A DNA stretch of 64,000 bases, from IMG/VR virus record IMGVR_UViG_3300046787_000130, positions 32,001 through 96,000 of that record; one strand, given 5' to 3'. The notes below the pieces were generated by a model that did no database searches, was not told the origin of the DNA, and saw only the letters and a program-made list of their open reading frames with translations. This document shows positions 44,239 to 52,545 of the stretch, piece by piece (within the stretch, counting starts at the first letter, position 1; every line of letters starts with the position of its first letter). The DNA is from a virus. A program made the translations under genes and the position numbers.

Positions 44239-44513
44239 ACGAAGAAGCAATCATAGAATCATTTCTATCTGAAGCAAGAGTGCGTGTTGTCAAGGCTAGA
44301 ATTCGTGGCGGCAAGGTTCAACGTCGCAAGAAAGTATCTAATGTTGCTGGTTACAAGATTGCTGGTGGCAAACTACAACGCATGTCTGCTGCTGAAAAGA
44401 TGAAGAGAAAGCGTGCTGGTAAGGTTGCTGCTCGCAAGAGTAAGTCCAAGCAGGCTAGAGCAATGCTTAAGCGTAAGCGTTCACTACAAAAAAGAAAATC
44501 ACTAGGACTATAA
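44235..44513 (+). CDS. Prohead core protein, gp68-like
   Basis: Highly basic 92 aa protein ending RKRSLQKRKSLGL, directly before gp21. Confidence 0.65.
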   Translation: MNEEAIIESFLSEARVRVVKARIRGGKVQRRKKVSNVAGYKIAGGKLQRMSAAEKMKRKRAGKVAARKSKSKQARAMLKRKRSLQKRKSLGL

Positions 44514-44516
44514 GCC

Positions 44517-45161
44517 ATGAAACTAATCACGGAAATGCTAGACCAAGTTCAGTACATTACTGAAGAAAAGAATGGTGTTAAGTCTCTGTTCATTCAGGGT
44601 CCATTCCTAGTTGCTGAGACAAAGAACAAAAACGGTCGCGTATATCAAGCAGATATTATGGACCGCGAAGTAAATCGTTACATGGAAGAATACGTTGGTA
44701 AGAACCGCGCATTTGGTGAACTTGGACATCCAGATGGTCCTTCTATCAACCTAGATAGAGTATCACATCTAATTACTGGTCTTCAGCGTGAAGGCAATAT
44801 CTGGATTGGTAAAGCAAAGATTCTAGAAACTCCAATGGGTAAGATTGCTAAGAGCCTTATGGAAGGTGGCGCAACCCTTGGTGTTTCTTCAAGAGGTATG
44901 GGTTCACTCAAAGAAGTAAATGGAGTGAATGTAGTACAAGATGACTTTTATCTAGCCACAGCGGCTGATATTGTTGCCGACCCTTCTGCTCCTGGAGCAT
45001 TCGTACAAGGCATTATGGAAGGTAAAGAGTGGGTATGGGATAATGGTATCGTGAAAGAAGTGAATGTAGTAGAAATGTACGAAGAAATTAAGATGGCAAA
45101 GCAAAAGCAAATTGAGGAAGTGTCTCTCAAGATATTTGAGAATTTCCTCTCCAAACTTTAA
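44517..45161 (+). CDS. gp21: Prohead protease gp21
   Basis: MKLITE, GELGHPDGPSINLDRVSH, LGVSSRGMGSL and ADIVADPSAP.AFV.GIMEGKEW. Confidence 0.96.
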   Translation: MKLITEMLDQVQYITEEKNGVKSLFIQGPFLVAETKNKNGRVYQADIMDREVNRYMEEYVGKNRAFGELGHPDGPSINLDRVSHLITGLQREGNIWIGKAKILETPMGKIAKSLMEGGATLGVSSRGMGSLKEVNGVNVVQDDFYLATAADIVADPSAPGAFVQGIMEGKEWVWDNGIVKEVNVVEMYEEIKMAKQKQIEEVSLKIFENFLSKL

Positions 45162-45165
45162 AATT

Positions 45166-45173
45166 TATAAATA
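45166..45173 (+). promoter_or_regulatory. T4-type late promoter
   Basis: Perfect TATAAATA upstream of gp22. Confidence 0.82.
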
Positions 45174-45199
45174 AGAATAATCTCTACAGGAGTTTTCAA

Positions 45200-46459
45200 A
45201 TGGGTAAGACATTAGCAGAATCTGCCGCTGAAATTCTAGCCGCATCTGTTGGCAAAAATCAAGAGCCAACAAAGAAGTTGCCTGGCGAAGCAAATGACCT
45301 CGGCGGCGCAACAACAGAAAATCCTGGTGCTGAAGGCGTAGGCAAGAAAGCCTCTGCTGTAAATTCAGAAGCACCTAAGCCAGCCGCCAAGGGTGATGCT
45401 AAGTCAGCAAAGACCCCAAATATGGCTGAAGAAACTTCAGAAGAAGGTGTCAATCTAGAAGACCTTTCTGAAGAAGAACTAGATGAACTTCTAGCATCTC
45501 TATCAGAAGAAGAGATGGCAGAACTAGAAGCATCTCTAGAAGTCTCTGATGAAGACGCAATTAATGAACTTTCTGAAGAAGAACTAGATGAACTTCTAGC
45601 ATCTCTATCAGAAGAAGAGATTGCTGCTCTGGAAGAAGAGATGAAGGAAATGGAAGAGCCTAAGAGCAAGAAGAGCAAAAAGGCAATGCCTACTGCTGAA
45701 GCAATTGACGTCAAGGAATTGGTAAAGGCAAACATGGTCTCCATGAAGGAAGACGTTGATGCCCTATTCAATGGCGAATCGCTATCAGAAGAGTTCCGCA
45801 CAAAGGCAACAACAATCTTTGAAGCAGCTGTACAGGCTCGTGTAGAAGCAGTTGTCGCAACTGTTGTTGCTAAGAACAATGACTACCTATCTGAAGCATC
45901 TGACGCACTACGCGACAATCTTGCAGAACAGGTTGATAGTTACCTAAACTATGTTGTTGAAGAGTGGATGACAGCAAACCAAGTAGCCGTTGAATCTGGT
46001 CTACGTGGCGAGATTGCTGAAGGCTTTATCAAGGGTCTTAAGGGTCTATTTGCTGAACACTACATTGAAGTTCCGGAAGACAAGATTGACCTTGTTGATG
46101 AACTAGCAACAACAGTTAATACTCTAGAAAATGACCTAGCAGAAGAAGTTGCTGCTAAGGCTGTTCTCCAGAAGTCATTAAACGAATCAAAGGCTCAGGA
46201 AGCACTCCGCAAGATTTGCGAAGGTCTAACTGAGGTACAAATTCAGAAGATTAAGACACTCGCAGAGGGCGTCGAATTCACCACAGCAGGTGAGTACACT
46301 GAGAAACTCACGGTAATCCGTGAAAACTACTTCCCAACAAAGAATGCTAAGAGCGAGGCTCCAGCTGCTATTGTTGAGACAGCAGATGCATCTGCTGAAA
46401 ACGTCGCACCAAGAATGGACTTGTACGTCAAGGCAATTACCAAGACACTACCAGTCTAA
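45200..46459 (+). CDS. gp22: Prohead scaffolding protein gp22
   Basis: Acidic; LSEEFRTKATTIFEAAV, VDSYLNYVVEEW and LF.EHYIEVP; between gp21 and gp23. Confidence 0.93.
   Translation: MGKTLAESAAEILAASVGKNQEPTKKLPGEANDLGGATTENPGAEGVGKKASAVNSEAPKPAAKGDAKSAKTPNMAEETSEEGVNLEDLSEEELDELLASLSEEEMAELEASLEVSDEDAINELSEEELDELLASLSEEEIAALEEEMKEMEEPKSKKSKKAMPTAEAIDVKELVKANMVSMKEDVDALFNGESLSEEFRTKATTIFEAAVQARVEAVVATVVAKNNDYLSEASDALRDNLAEQVDSYLNYVVEEWMTANQVAVESGLRGEIAEGFIKGLKGLFAEHYIEVPEDKIDLVDELATTVNTLENDLAEEVAAKAVLQKSLNESKAQEALRKICEGLTEVQIQKIKTLAEGVEFTTAGEYTEKLTVIRENYFPTKNAKSEAPAAIVETADASAENVAPRMDLYVKAITKTLPV
45464..45621 (+). repeat. Exact 53-bp direct repeat inside gp22 (two copies, 105-bp period)
   Basis: ctttctgaagaagaactagatgaacttctagcatctctatcagaagaagagat at 45464-45516 and 45569-45621. 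Confidence 0.9.
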
Positions 46460-46485
46460 TTTAAATTTTAACGGAGATTAACCAA

Positions 46486-47826
46486 ATGTATCTATCAGAA
46501 ACTCATGGTAAGAAGTGGGCTCCAGTATTGGACCACTCTGACCTACCTGCAATTAAAGACCCATACAAGCGTGCAGTTACAGCTGTTGTTCTTGAGAACC
46601 AAGAGCGCGCAATTATGGAAGATGCGCAGAATATGCGTAATCTTTTCGAAGCAACACCTGTTAACGTTGCTCCAACATCACCAACAAGCGGCAACCTTCA
46701 GGGTTTTGACCCAATTCTAATCGGATTGGTCCGTCGCGCACTTCCAAACCTAATGGCATACGACATCTGCGGCGTTCAGCCAATGACTGGTCCAACAGGT
46801 TTGATTTTCGCAATGCGCACACGTTACTCTGCACCAAACGGTACAGAAGCATTCTACGGCGAAGCAAATACCACATTCTCTGGTAATACTGCTACTGCTC
46901 TAACTGCTAACGTTGACGTTGCTCTAGATGTTGGTACACCAAGCGGTAACATTGCTCGCTTTGGCACAGCAAACACCGGCGTACCTATTTCAACGGCAGT
47001 TGGTGAAACCCTCGGTCTAGCAAACATGGCATTCTCAATTGAGCGTGTATCTGTAACTGCTCAGACACGTGGTCTACAGGCTTCCTACACAATGGAACTT
47101 GCACAAGACCTCAAGGCAATCCACGGTCTAGACGCAGAAACAGAGTTGACAAACATTTTGTCAACTGAAATTCTTGCTGAAATCAATCGTGAAGTTGTCC
47201 GTACAGTCTATGCAACTGCAAACGTTGGCGTTGTTGGCGTAAGCACAGCATCAATCAACGTAGCAAACGCTGGTACAGTCTCTGACGGTCTATCAGGTCG
47301 TTGGCAGGTAGAAAAGTACAAGGGTCTATTGTTCCAGATTGAACGTGCTGCTAACAAGATTGCTAAGGATACCCGTCGCGGTAAGGGCAACATGCTAATC
47401 GTCTCTACAGACGTAGCATCTGCACTTGCAATGTCAGGTCTTCTTGACTATAACTCAGCATTGTCTGGCAACACAAACCTAAATGTTGACGACACTGGCA
47501 ACACCTTTGCAGGTATGCTATTCGGTCGCATCAAGGTCTACGTTGACCCATACTCAGTAACAGGCAGCGACTTCGTTGTTGTTGGTTATAAGGGTACAAA
47601 TCCTTACGATGCTGGTCTATTCTACTGCCCATATGTACCTCTACAGATGGTCCGTGCAATCGACCCAGACAACTATCAGCCAAAGGTTGGATTCAAGACT
47701 CGCTACGGCATGGTCGCAAATCCATTCGCAGGTGGCACAAATACGGCTCTCGCTGGTGCAATTACAACAAACACCAACGTTTACTACCGTAAGTTTGCTA
47801 TCTACAACCTAACATCAACTCCTTAA
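46486..47826 (+). CDS. gp23: Major capsid protein gp23
   Basis: KWAPVL, FDPILIGLVRRA.PNL.AYDICGVQPMTGPTGLIFAMR, ELAQDLKAIHGLDAE and YCPYVPL. Confidence 0.98.
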   Translation: MYLSETHGKKWAPVLDHSDLPAIKDPYKRAVTAVVLENQERAIMEDAQNMRNLFEATPVNVAPTSPTSGNLQGFDPILIGLVRRALPNLMAYDICGVQPMTGPTGLIFAMRTRYSAPNGTEAFYGEANTTFSGNTATALTANVDVALDVGTPSGNIARFGTANTGVPISTAVGETLGLANMAFSIERVSVTAQTRGLQASYTMELAQDLKAIHGLDAETELTNILSTEILAEINREVVRTVYATANVGVVGVSTASINVANAGTVSDGLSGRWQVEKYKGLLFQIERAANKIAKDTRRGKGNMLIVSTDVASALAMSGLLDYNSALSGNTNLNVDDTGNTFAGMLFGRIKVYVDPYSVTGSDFVVVGYKGTNPYDAGLFYCPYVPLQMVRAIDPDNYQPKVGFKTRYGMVANPFAGGTNTALAGAITTNTNVYYRKFAIYNLTSTP

Positions 47827-47881
47827 TAGGGTTTGATGCTGGTAATTTGAAGCGACAGACTACAATAATAATAGTCGAATT

Positions 47882-47910
47882 GAGGGGGCTGAAAAGCCCC
47901 CTCTTTTTTT
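47882..47910 (+). terminator. Intrinsic terminator after gp23
   Basis: GAGGGGGCT-gaaa-AGCCCCCTC followed by T7. Confidence 0.92.
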
Positions 47911-47912
47911 AT

Positions 47913-47920
47913 CCTAAATA
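47913..47920 (+). promoter_or_regulatory. Late promoter variant upstream of gp3
   Basis: CCTAAATA immediately after the gp23 terminator. Confidence 0.68.
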
Positions 47921-47936
47921 AAGCAGGAGGACTACC

Positions 47937-48479
47937 ATGACAATTATCAACAGAAATCCTACAAACAAAGACTTGTTGCAGACTACCAAGTTTATGCTGA
48001 CTTTTAGTCGGCTACCTAACTTGTCTTTCTTCTGTCAATCTGCTAATCTTCCTGGCGTATCCCTAAGTGAAGTTCCTTTCAATACACCATTTATTGATTT
48101 GTATGTTCCTGGTGAGAAACTAGCCTATGATATGTTTAACACTACATTTCTTGTAGATGAAGATATCAGTGGCTGGAAACAAATTCACGATTGGATTCGT
48201 GCAATGACCTTCCCAGTTGAATTTAAAGAGTACATGAACCGCGAAAGCCTCTCTGCTGTATCTAATCTGAGAATGAACTCCAGTTTGCCACCGCAGTACT
48301 CAGATGCTATCCTTACAATCTATACAAACAAGAACAATGCAAATTTCAGAGTGCATTTTAAAAACTTGTTTCCTGTAACTCTTGGCAGCATCCTTTTCAA
48401 TACATCAGACAATGCTGAATACATTGCTACATCTGATGTATCATTCCGCTTTGACTACTATGAGATTGAAAAGATTTGA
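47937..48479 (+). CDS. gp3: Tail tube terminator / completion protein gp3
   Basis: FFCQSANLPG.SL, PGEKL.Y, FLVDED..W..IHDW, SDAILTI and F..LFP..L; position after gp23. Confidence 0.85.
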   Translation: MTIINRNPTNKDLLQTTKFMLTFSRLPNLSFFCQSANLPGVSLSEVPFNTPFIDLYVPGEKLAYDMFNTTFLVDEDISGWKQIHDWIRAMTFPVEFKEYMNRESLSAVSNLRMNSSLPPQYSDAILTIYTNKNNANFRVHFKNLFPVTLGSILFNTSDNAEYIATSDVSFRFDYYEIEKI

Positions 48480-48504
48480 CTTTTGAAGTTAGATAGGATA
48501 TACT
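48476..48504 (+). promoter_or_regulatory. Sigma70-type promoter upstream of uvsY
   Basis: TTGACT-17 nt-TATACT. Confidence 0.7.
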
Positions 48505-48532
48505 ATCCTGTCTCTCTTTATAATGGTGATGT

Positions 48533-48988
48533 ATGGCTAATAAACTTGAAACTCCTCCTTTGGAGCAGATTATTGAGCATTGGACCAAGGATTCTGAAGT
48601 AGACTCTACAGAACCTGGCAAGGAAATTCTCCGTATTCCTTTGCTACACAACAAGTACAACAAGTTTCTAACTCTTCATAACCTTTCAGCCAAGAAAGCA
48701 GGTTATGATTATGCCAAAATGAAAAAGACCAAGTGGGCATACTATAGTGGTAGAATGTCGCAGGAAGAGTTGGATAAGTATGGTTGGGAGCCATTTCAAT
48801 TTGTTCTCAAGACCGATATCAATCTCTATCTTGATGGAGATGATGACCTGAATAAGTTAGCCCGAAAGAAAGCCTATCATGAAGAAGCCTCATCTTTCTG
48901 TACTAATGTTATGAAGGAATTAAACAATCGTACTTGGCAGCTGAAGGAATTTATGGCATGGGAGCGATTCATCAGCGGACAATTCTAA
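48533..48988 (+). CDS. uvsY: Recombination mediator UvsY
   Basis: W.KDS.VD, IPLLHNKY, KWAYYSG, ..NRTWQLK..WERF.SG; precedes uvsW. Confidence 0.9.
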   Translation: MANKLETPPLEQIIEHWTKDSEVDSTEPGKEILRIPLLHNKYNKFLTLHNLSAKKAGYDYAKMKKTKWAYYSGRMSQEELDKYGWEPFQFVLKTDINLYLDGDDDLNKLARKKAYHEEASSFCTNVMKELNNRTWQLKEFMAWERFISGQF

Positions 48989-50443
48989 ATGGTTGATATA
49001 GAGATACACCAACTTAATAACAGTTACATAAAGGTTATTTGCGAACCATCTATTAGTCAGGAACTATGTGATTTCTTTACGTTTGATGTTCCTGGCGCAC
49101 AGTTCTCTCCTCAATACAAGAGTAGATACTGGGATGGTAAAATTAGACTCTATTCAATAAAGACTAATCAAGTATACGCAGGTTTGGCTTCTCATGTAGA
49201 AGCCTTTGCTGAATTGCAGGGTTATACTTGCAGTAAAACAATGCTTAATGATACTCCGGTAACATTACCCAACAAAGAGTTCATTAGCAAACTTAATTTA
49301 CCTGTTGAACCTAGAGATTACCAGATTGCTGCTTTCTTGTACTCACTAACCAAGAAGCGCACTGTTCTACTGTCTCCAACAGCATCTGGTAAGTCTCTAA
49401 TCATCTATCTGATAGCAAGTTGGTTGTTATCTCACGGCAAGAAGCAAGGATTGCTAATTGTCCCAACTGTATCTCTTGTTGAGCAGATGTATAGTGACTT
49501 TAAGTCATATGGGCTAGATGTAGACAAGTACTGTCAGAAAATCTATCAGGGTCAGGATAAAGCCCCATCTGCTCCCCTAGTAATCTCAACTTGGCAATCA
49601 ATCTTTGAAATGCCAAAATCATATTTCGCTAAGTTTGATTTCGTTATTGGAGATGAAGCCCATACATTCGCGGCTAAGTCTTTGACGGCAATTATGACCC
49701 GTCTTGTTAATTGTGACTATCGCATTGGTACAACTGGTACACTTGATGGTACTAAGGTCAACAAACTAGTGCTTGAAGGTCTGTTTGGTCCTGTAAAGAA
49801 GTTTATCTCTACCAAGGAACTAATTGACAGAGGGCAACTAGCTGACTTTGGTATCAAGTGTTTAATTCTACAGTATGCTGAGCAAGTGTGCAAAGAATTA
49901 AAAGGAAAGACCTATCAGGAAGAGATTGAATTTCTAATAGGTTGTGATAACAGAAATAAATTCATTACAAATTTGACTTTATCGCTGAAAGGTAATACAC
50001 TAGTACTTTATAGTTACGTTGAGAAGCATGGCAAGGTGCTTTTTGAGTTGATACAACAACAAGTAACTGAAGGTCGCAAAGTGTTCTTTATTCACGGTGG
50101 AGTTGATGCGTTAGACCGTGAAGCAGTTAGAGCAATCACCGAAAAGGAAACTGATGCCATCATCGTTGCTTCCTACGGCACGTTCTCTACTGGCATTAAT
50201 ATACGCAACCTACATAATATAGTCTTTGCATCTCCTACTAAGAGCAAGATTCGTACACTACAATCGATTGGTCGTGGTCTACGATTAGGAGAGAATAAAG
50301 ATAAGGCTATGTTGTATGATATATCTGATGATTTAAGATACAAGACAAACGTAAACTTTACGCTACGTCATTTTGAAGAACGAGTGAAGATGTATAGTGA
50401 AGAGAAGTTTACATTCACTACAAATACGATAAGGATAGCATAA
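48989..50443 (+). CDS. uvsW: DNA helicase UvsW
   Basis: WDGKIRL, PRDYQ, SPTASGKS, DEAH, ASYGTFSTGINI.NLH and LQSIGRGLR. Confidence 0.96.
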   Translation: MVDIEIHQLNNSYIKVICEPSISQELCDFFTFDVPGAQFSPQYKSRYWDGKIRLYSIKTNQVYAGLASHVEAFAELQGYTCSKTMLNDTPVTLPNKEFISKLNLPVEPRDYQIAAFLYSLTKKRTVLLSPTASGKSLIIYLIASWLLSHGKKQGLLIVPTVSLVEQMYSDFKSYGLDVDKYCQKIYQGQDKAPSAPLVISTWQSIFEMPKSYFAKFDFVIGDEAHTFAAKSLTAIMTRLVNCDYRIGTTGTLDGTKVNKLVLEGLFGPVKKFISTKELIDRGQLADFGIKCLILQYAEQVCKELKGKTYQEEIEFLIGCDNRNKFITNLTLSLKGNTLVLYSYVEKHGKVLFELIQQQVTEGRKVFFIHGGVDALDREAVRAITEKETDAIIVASYGTFSTGINIRNLHNIVFASPTKSKIRTLQSIGRGLRLGENKDKAMLYDISDDLRYKTNVNFTLRHFEERVKMYSEEKFTFTTNTIRIA

Positions 50444-50835
50444 TGACACAACAAATCGAGTTTATGCGCCTAACTACAGGCGAAGAGATTGTTGCTTCTG
50501 TAACACATAATGGCGACAAGATTCGTATTGACAATCCGCTTATTGTTGAAGTTGAAACCTTTATGGAAGAAGGTAAGCAGCTGCTATACATGAAGGAATA
50601 TCTCCCACAGTCTATCGTTGATATCAAGAGCGTTGAGATTCCTTCAGATATGGTAATCATTGCTGTTAAGGTCAGCGAAGAATTTCTTGACCAGTACAAT
50701 CAAGCAACTGAGTATTTTTATAACTCAGAAATTAAAAAGCCTTCTAAAAAGAAGGCTAATAAAGTTGATGAGACAGGAAAGGTAGTTGCTTTATTTGAAG
50801 CACTATTGGAGAAGAAGGATAAAACAGTTCATTGA
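50443..50835 (+). CDS. Conserved hypothetical protein between uvsW and gp55 (Sm-like fold suspected)
   Basis: RLTTGEEIVA...NPL pattern; conserved position in T4-like phages. Confidence 0.6.
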   Translation: MTQQIEFMRLTTGEEIVASVTHNGDKIRIDNPLIVEVETFMEEGKQLLYMKEYLPQSIVDIKSVEIPSDMVIIAVKVSEEFLDQYNQATEYFYNSEIKKPSKKKANKVDETGKVVALFEALLEKKDKTVH

Positions 50836-50840
50836 TACTA

Positions 50841-50895
50841 TTAACTAACGAATCAGTGATTGTTAACTAACGACTTGCTTACTAGTAACTAAAGA
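50841..50895. repeat. Three 11-bp direct repeats with a 22-bp period
   Basis: TTAACTAACGA (50841), TTAACTAACGA (50863), GTAACTAAAGA (50885). Confidence 0.75.
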
Positions 50896-50918
50896 ATCAC
50901 TTCACAGCGGACATACTG

Positions 50919-50947
50919 ATTATATACCCTACAGAGAGAAAAGTAAA
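50919..50947 (-). promoter_or_regulatory. Antisense sigma70-type promoter
   Basis: Minus strand reads TTTACT(TTT)-17 nt-TATAAT, the same style as the TTGACTTTT promoters on the plus strand. Confidence 0.6.
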
Positions 50948-50954
50948 GTAAATT

Positions 50955-51479
50955 ATGGCAAAGAATCACTACATTGATAACAAACTATTTCTAGTACACA
51001 TGACTGAATACCGTGCTGCGGTAGATGTTGCTAAGGCTGAAGATAAGAAAAAGCCTCAGATTCCAAGATATGTTGCTGAAGCATTTATGAAGATTGCGGA
51101 GAACCTTTCACACAAACCCAACTTCCTATCCTATTCATTCAGAGATGAAATGGTTGCTGATGCGATTGAAAATTGTGTAATGTATGCTAGCAACTTTGAC
51201 CCGAAAAAGTCATCAAATCCGTTTGCCTATTTCACTCAAATAGCGTATTATGCTTTCTTGAGGCGCATCCATCGCGAGAAGAAGCAGCTGTACGTTAAGT
51301 ACAAGTCTACTGAACAGGCTGGTATCATGGATGAGTTTGAACAACTTGAGTCTGATGATGGTCAGACAAGACAGTTTGAAATGTATGAGAACATCTCTGA
51401 GTTTATTGAAAACTTTGAAACAGCAAAGAAGAACAAGAAACTTAAGAAGATGAATCTGGAGAAGTTTGTAGAGGAATAG
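50955..51479 (+). CDS. gp55: Late-transcription sigma factor gp55
   Basis: HYIDNK.F, KIAENLSHKPNF..Y and NFDPKKSSNPFAYFTQIAYYAFLRRI..EKKQ. Confidence 0.96.
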   Translation: MAKNHYIDNKLFLVHMTEYRAAVDVAKAEDKKKPQIPRYVAEAFMKIAENLSHKPNFLSYSFRDEMVADAIENCVMYASNFDPKKSSNPFAYFTQIAYYAFLRRIHREKKQLYVKYKSTEQAGIMDEFEQLESDDGQTRQFEMYENISEFIENFETAKKNKKLKKMNLEKFVEE

Positions 51480-51480
51480 T

Positions 51481-52545
51481 ATGAAATTATGTATAATCGG
51501 GGACTTGCATTTCGGAATGCGAAATGATAGCCCTATCTTTCATGAACTGTATAAGAACTTCTATCAAAACACCTTGTTCCCCTATTTGGATGAGCATAAC
51601 ATCAATGCCATCTTCCAATTAGGGGACTTGTTTGATAGACGCAAGTTCATCAACTTCCATACACTTGAGCAAGTCAAGTCATACTTCTTTGATGAACTAG
51701 AATCAAGAGGCATTACGTTACATACGCTTCTTGGTAATCATGATGTTTACTGGAAGAATACGTTACAAGTAAACTCTACGTCTCTAGTATTGGGGGAGTA
51801 TGGCAACGTTGTTGTTTATGACACTCCTACTACAGTAGATTTTGGAGGTTTAGCAATAGACGTGATTCCGTGGATTTGCGAAAGTAACGAAGCCCAAGTA
51901 AAGACATTCATATCAGAAACTAGGTCTGAGGTCTGCTTAGGTCATTTCGAGTTGATAGGCTTTGAAATGGACAGAGGAAACGTCTGTCACGAAGGATTTG
52001 ACCCTTCAATGTTGTCTCGCTATGAAACAGTAATGACTGGACACTTCCATCATCCATCATCGAAGAATAACATTGTTTATGTCGGTGCGCCTGGAGAGAT
52101 GACTTGGGCTGATTACAATGACCCAAGAGGCTTCTACATCTATGATACTGATACACGAGAACTAGAATTCATCGTCAATCCGTATACAATCTTCCGTAAG
52201 ATTTTCTATAACGATGATGACTTGTTCCTTAATGATGTACAGAACAAAGACTATTCTGAGTTCAAGGGCAAGTATGTTAAGTTGGTTGTATCAAAGAAGT
52301 CTAATGTATTCTTGTTTGAAACTTTTCTCGACAACCTAACAAAGTCTGGCGCCATAGATGTTTCTGTGGTTGAAGACTTTACGGATGTCAATACATCGGA
52401 TACAATAGGAGAGGTAGACCAAGCAGATGATACTACTACCATCCTTGATAAGTATATTGATGGCATTGAGATTGATTTGAACAAGGTCAAACTGAAGAAC
52501 ATTATTAGAGATATCTACACGGAAGCATTGACTATAGAATCATGA
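51481..52545 (+). CDS. gp47: Recombination nuclease gp47 (Mre11/SbcD-like)
   Basis: Phosphoesterase motifs GDLHFG, LGDLFDRRK, GNHD, GHFE and GHFH. Confidence 0.95.
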   Translation: MKLCIIGDLHFGMRNDSPIFHELYKNFYQNTLFPYLDEHNINAIFQLGDLFDRRKFINFHTLEQVKSYFFDELESRGITLHTLLGNHDVYWKNTLQVNSTSLVLGEYGNVVVYDTPTTVDFGGLAIDVIPWICESNEAQVKTFISETRSEVCLGHFELIGFEMDRGNVCHEGFDPSMLSRYETVMTGHFHHPSSKNNIVYVGAPGEMTWADYNDPRGFYIYDTDTRELEFIVNPYTIFRKIFYNDDDLFLNDVQNKDYSEFKGKYVKLVVSKKSNVFLFETFLDNLTKSGAIDVSVVEDFTDVNTSDTIGEVDQADDTTTILDKYIDGIEIDLNKVKLKNIIRDIYTEALTIES

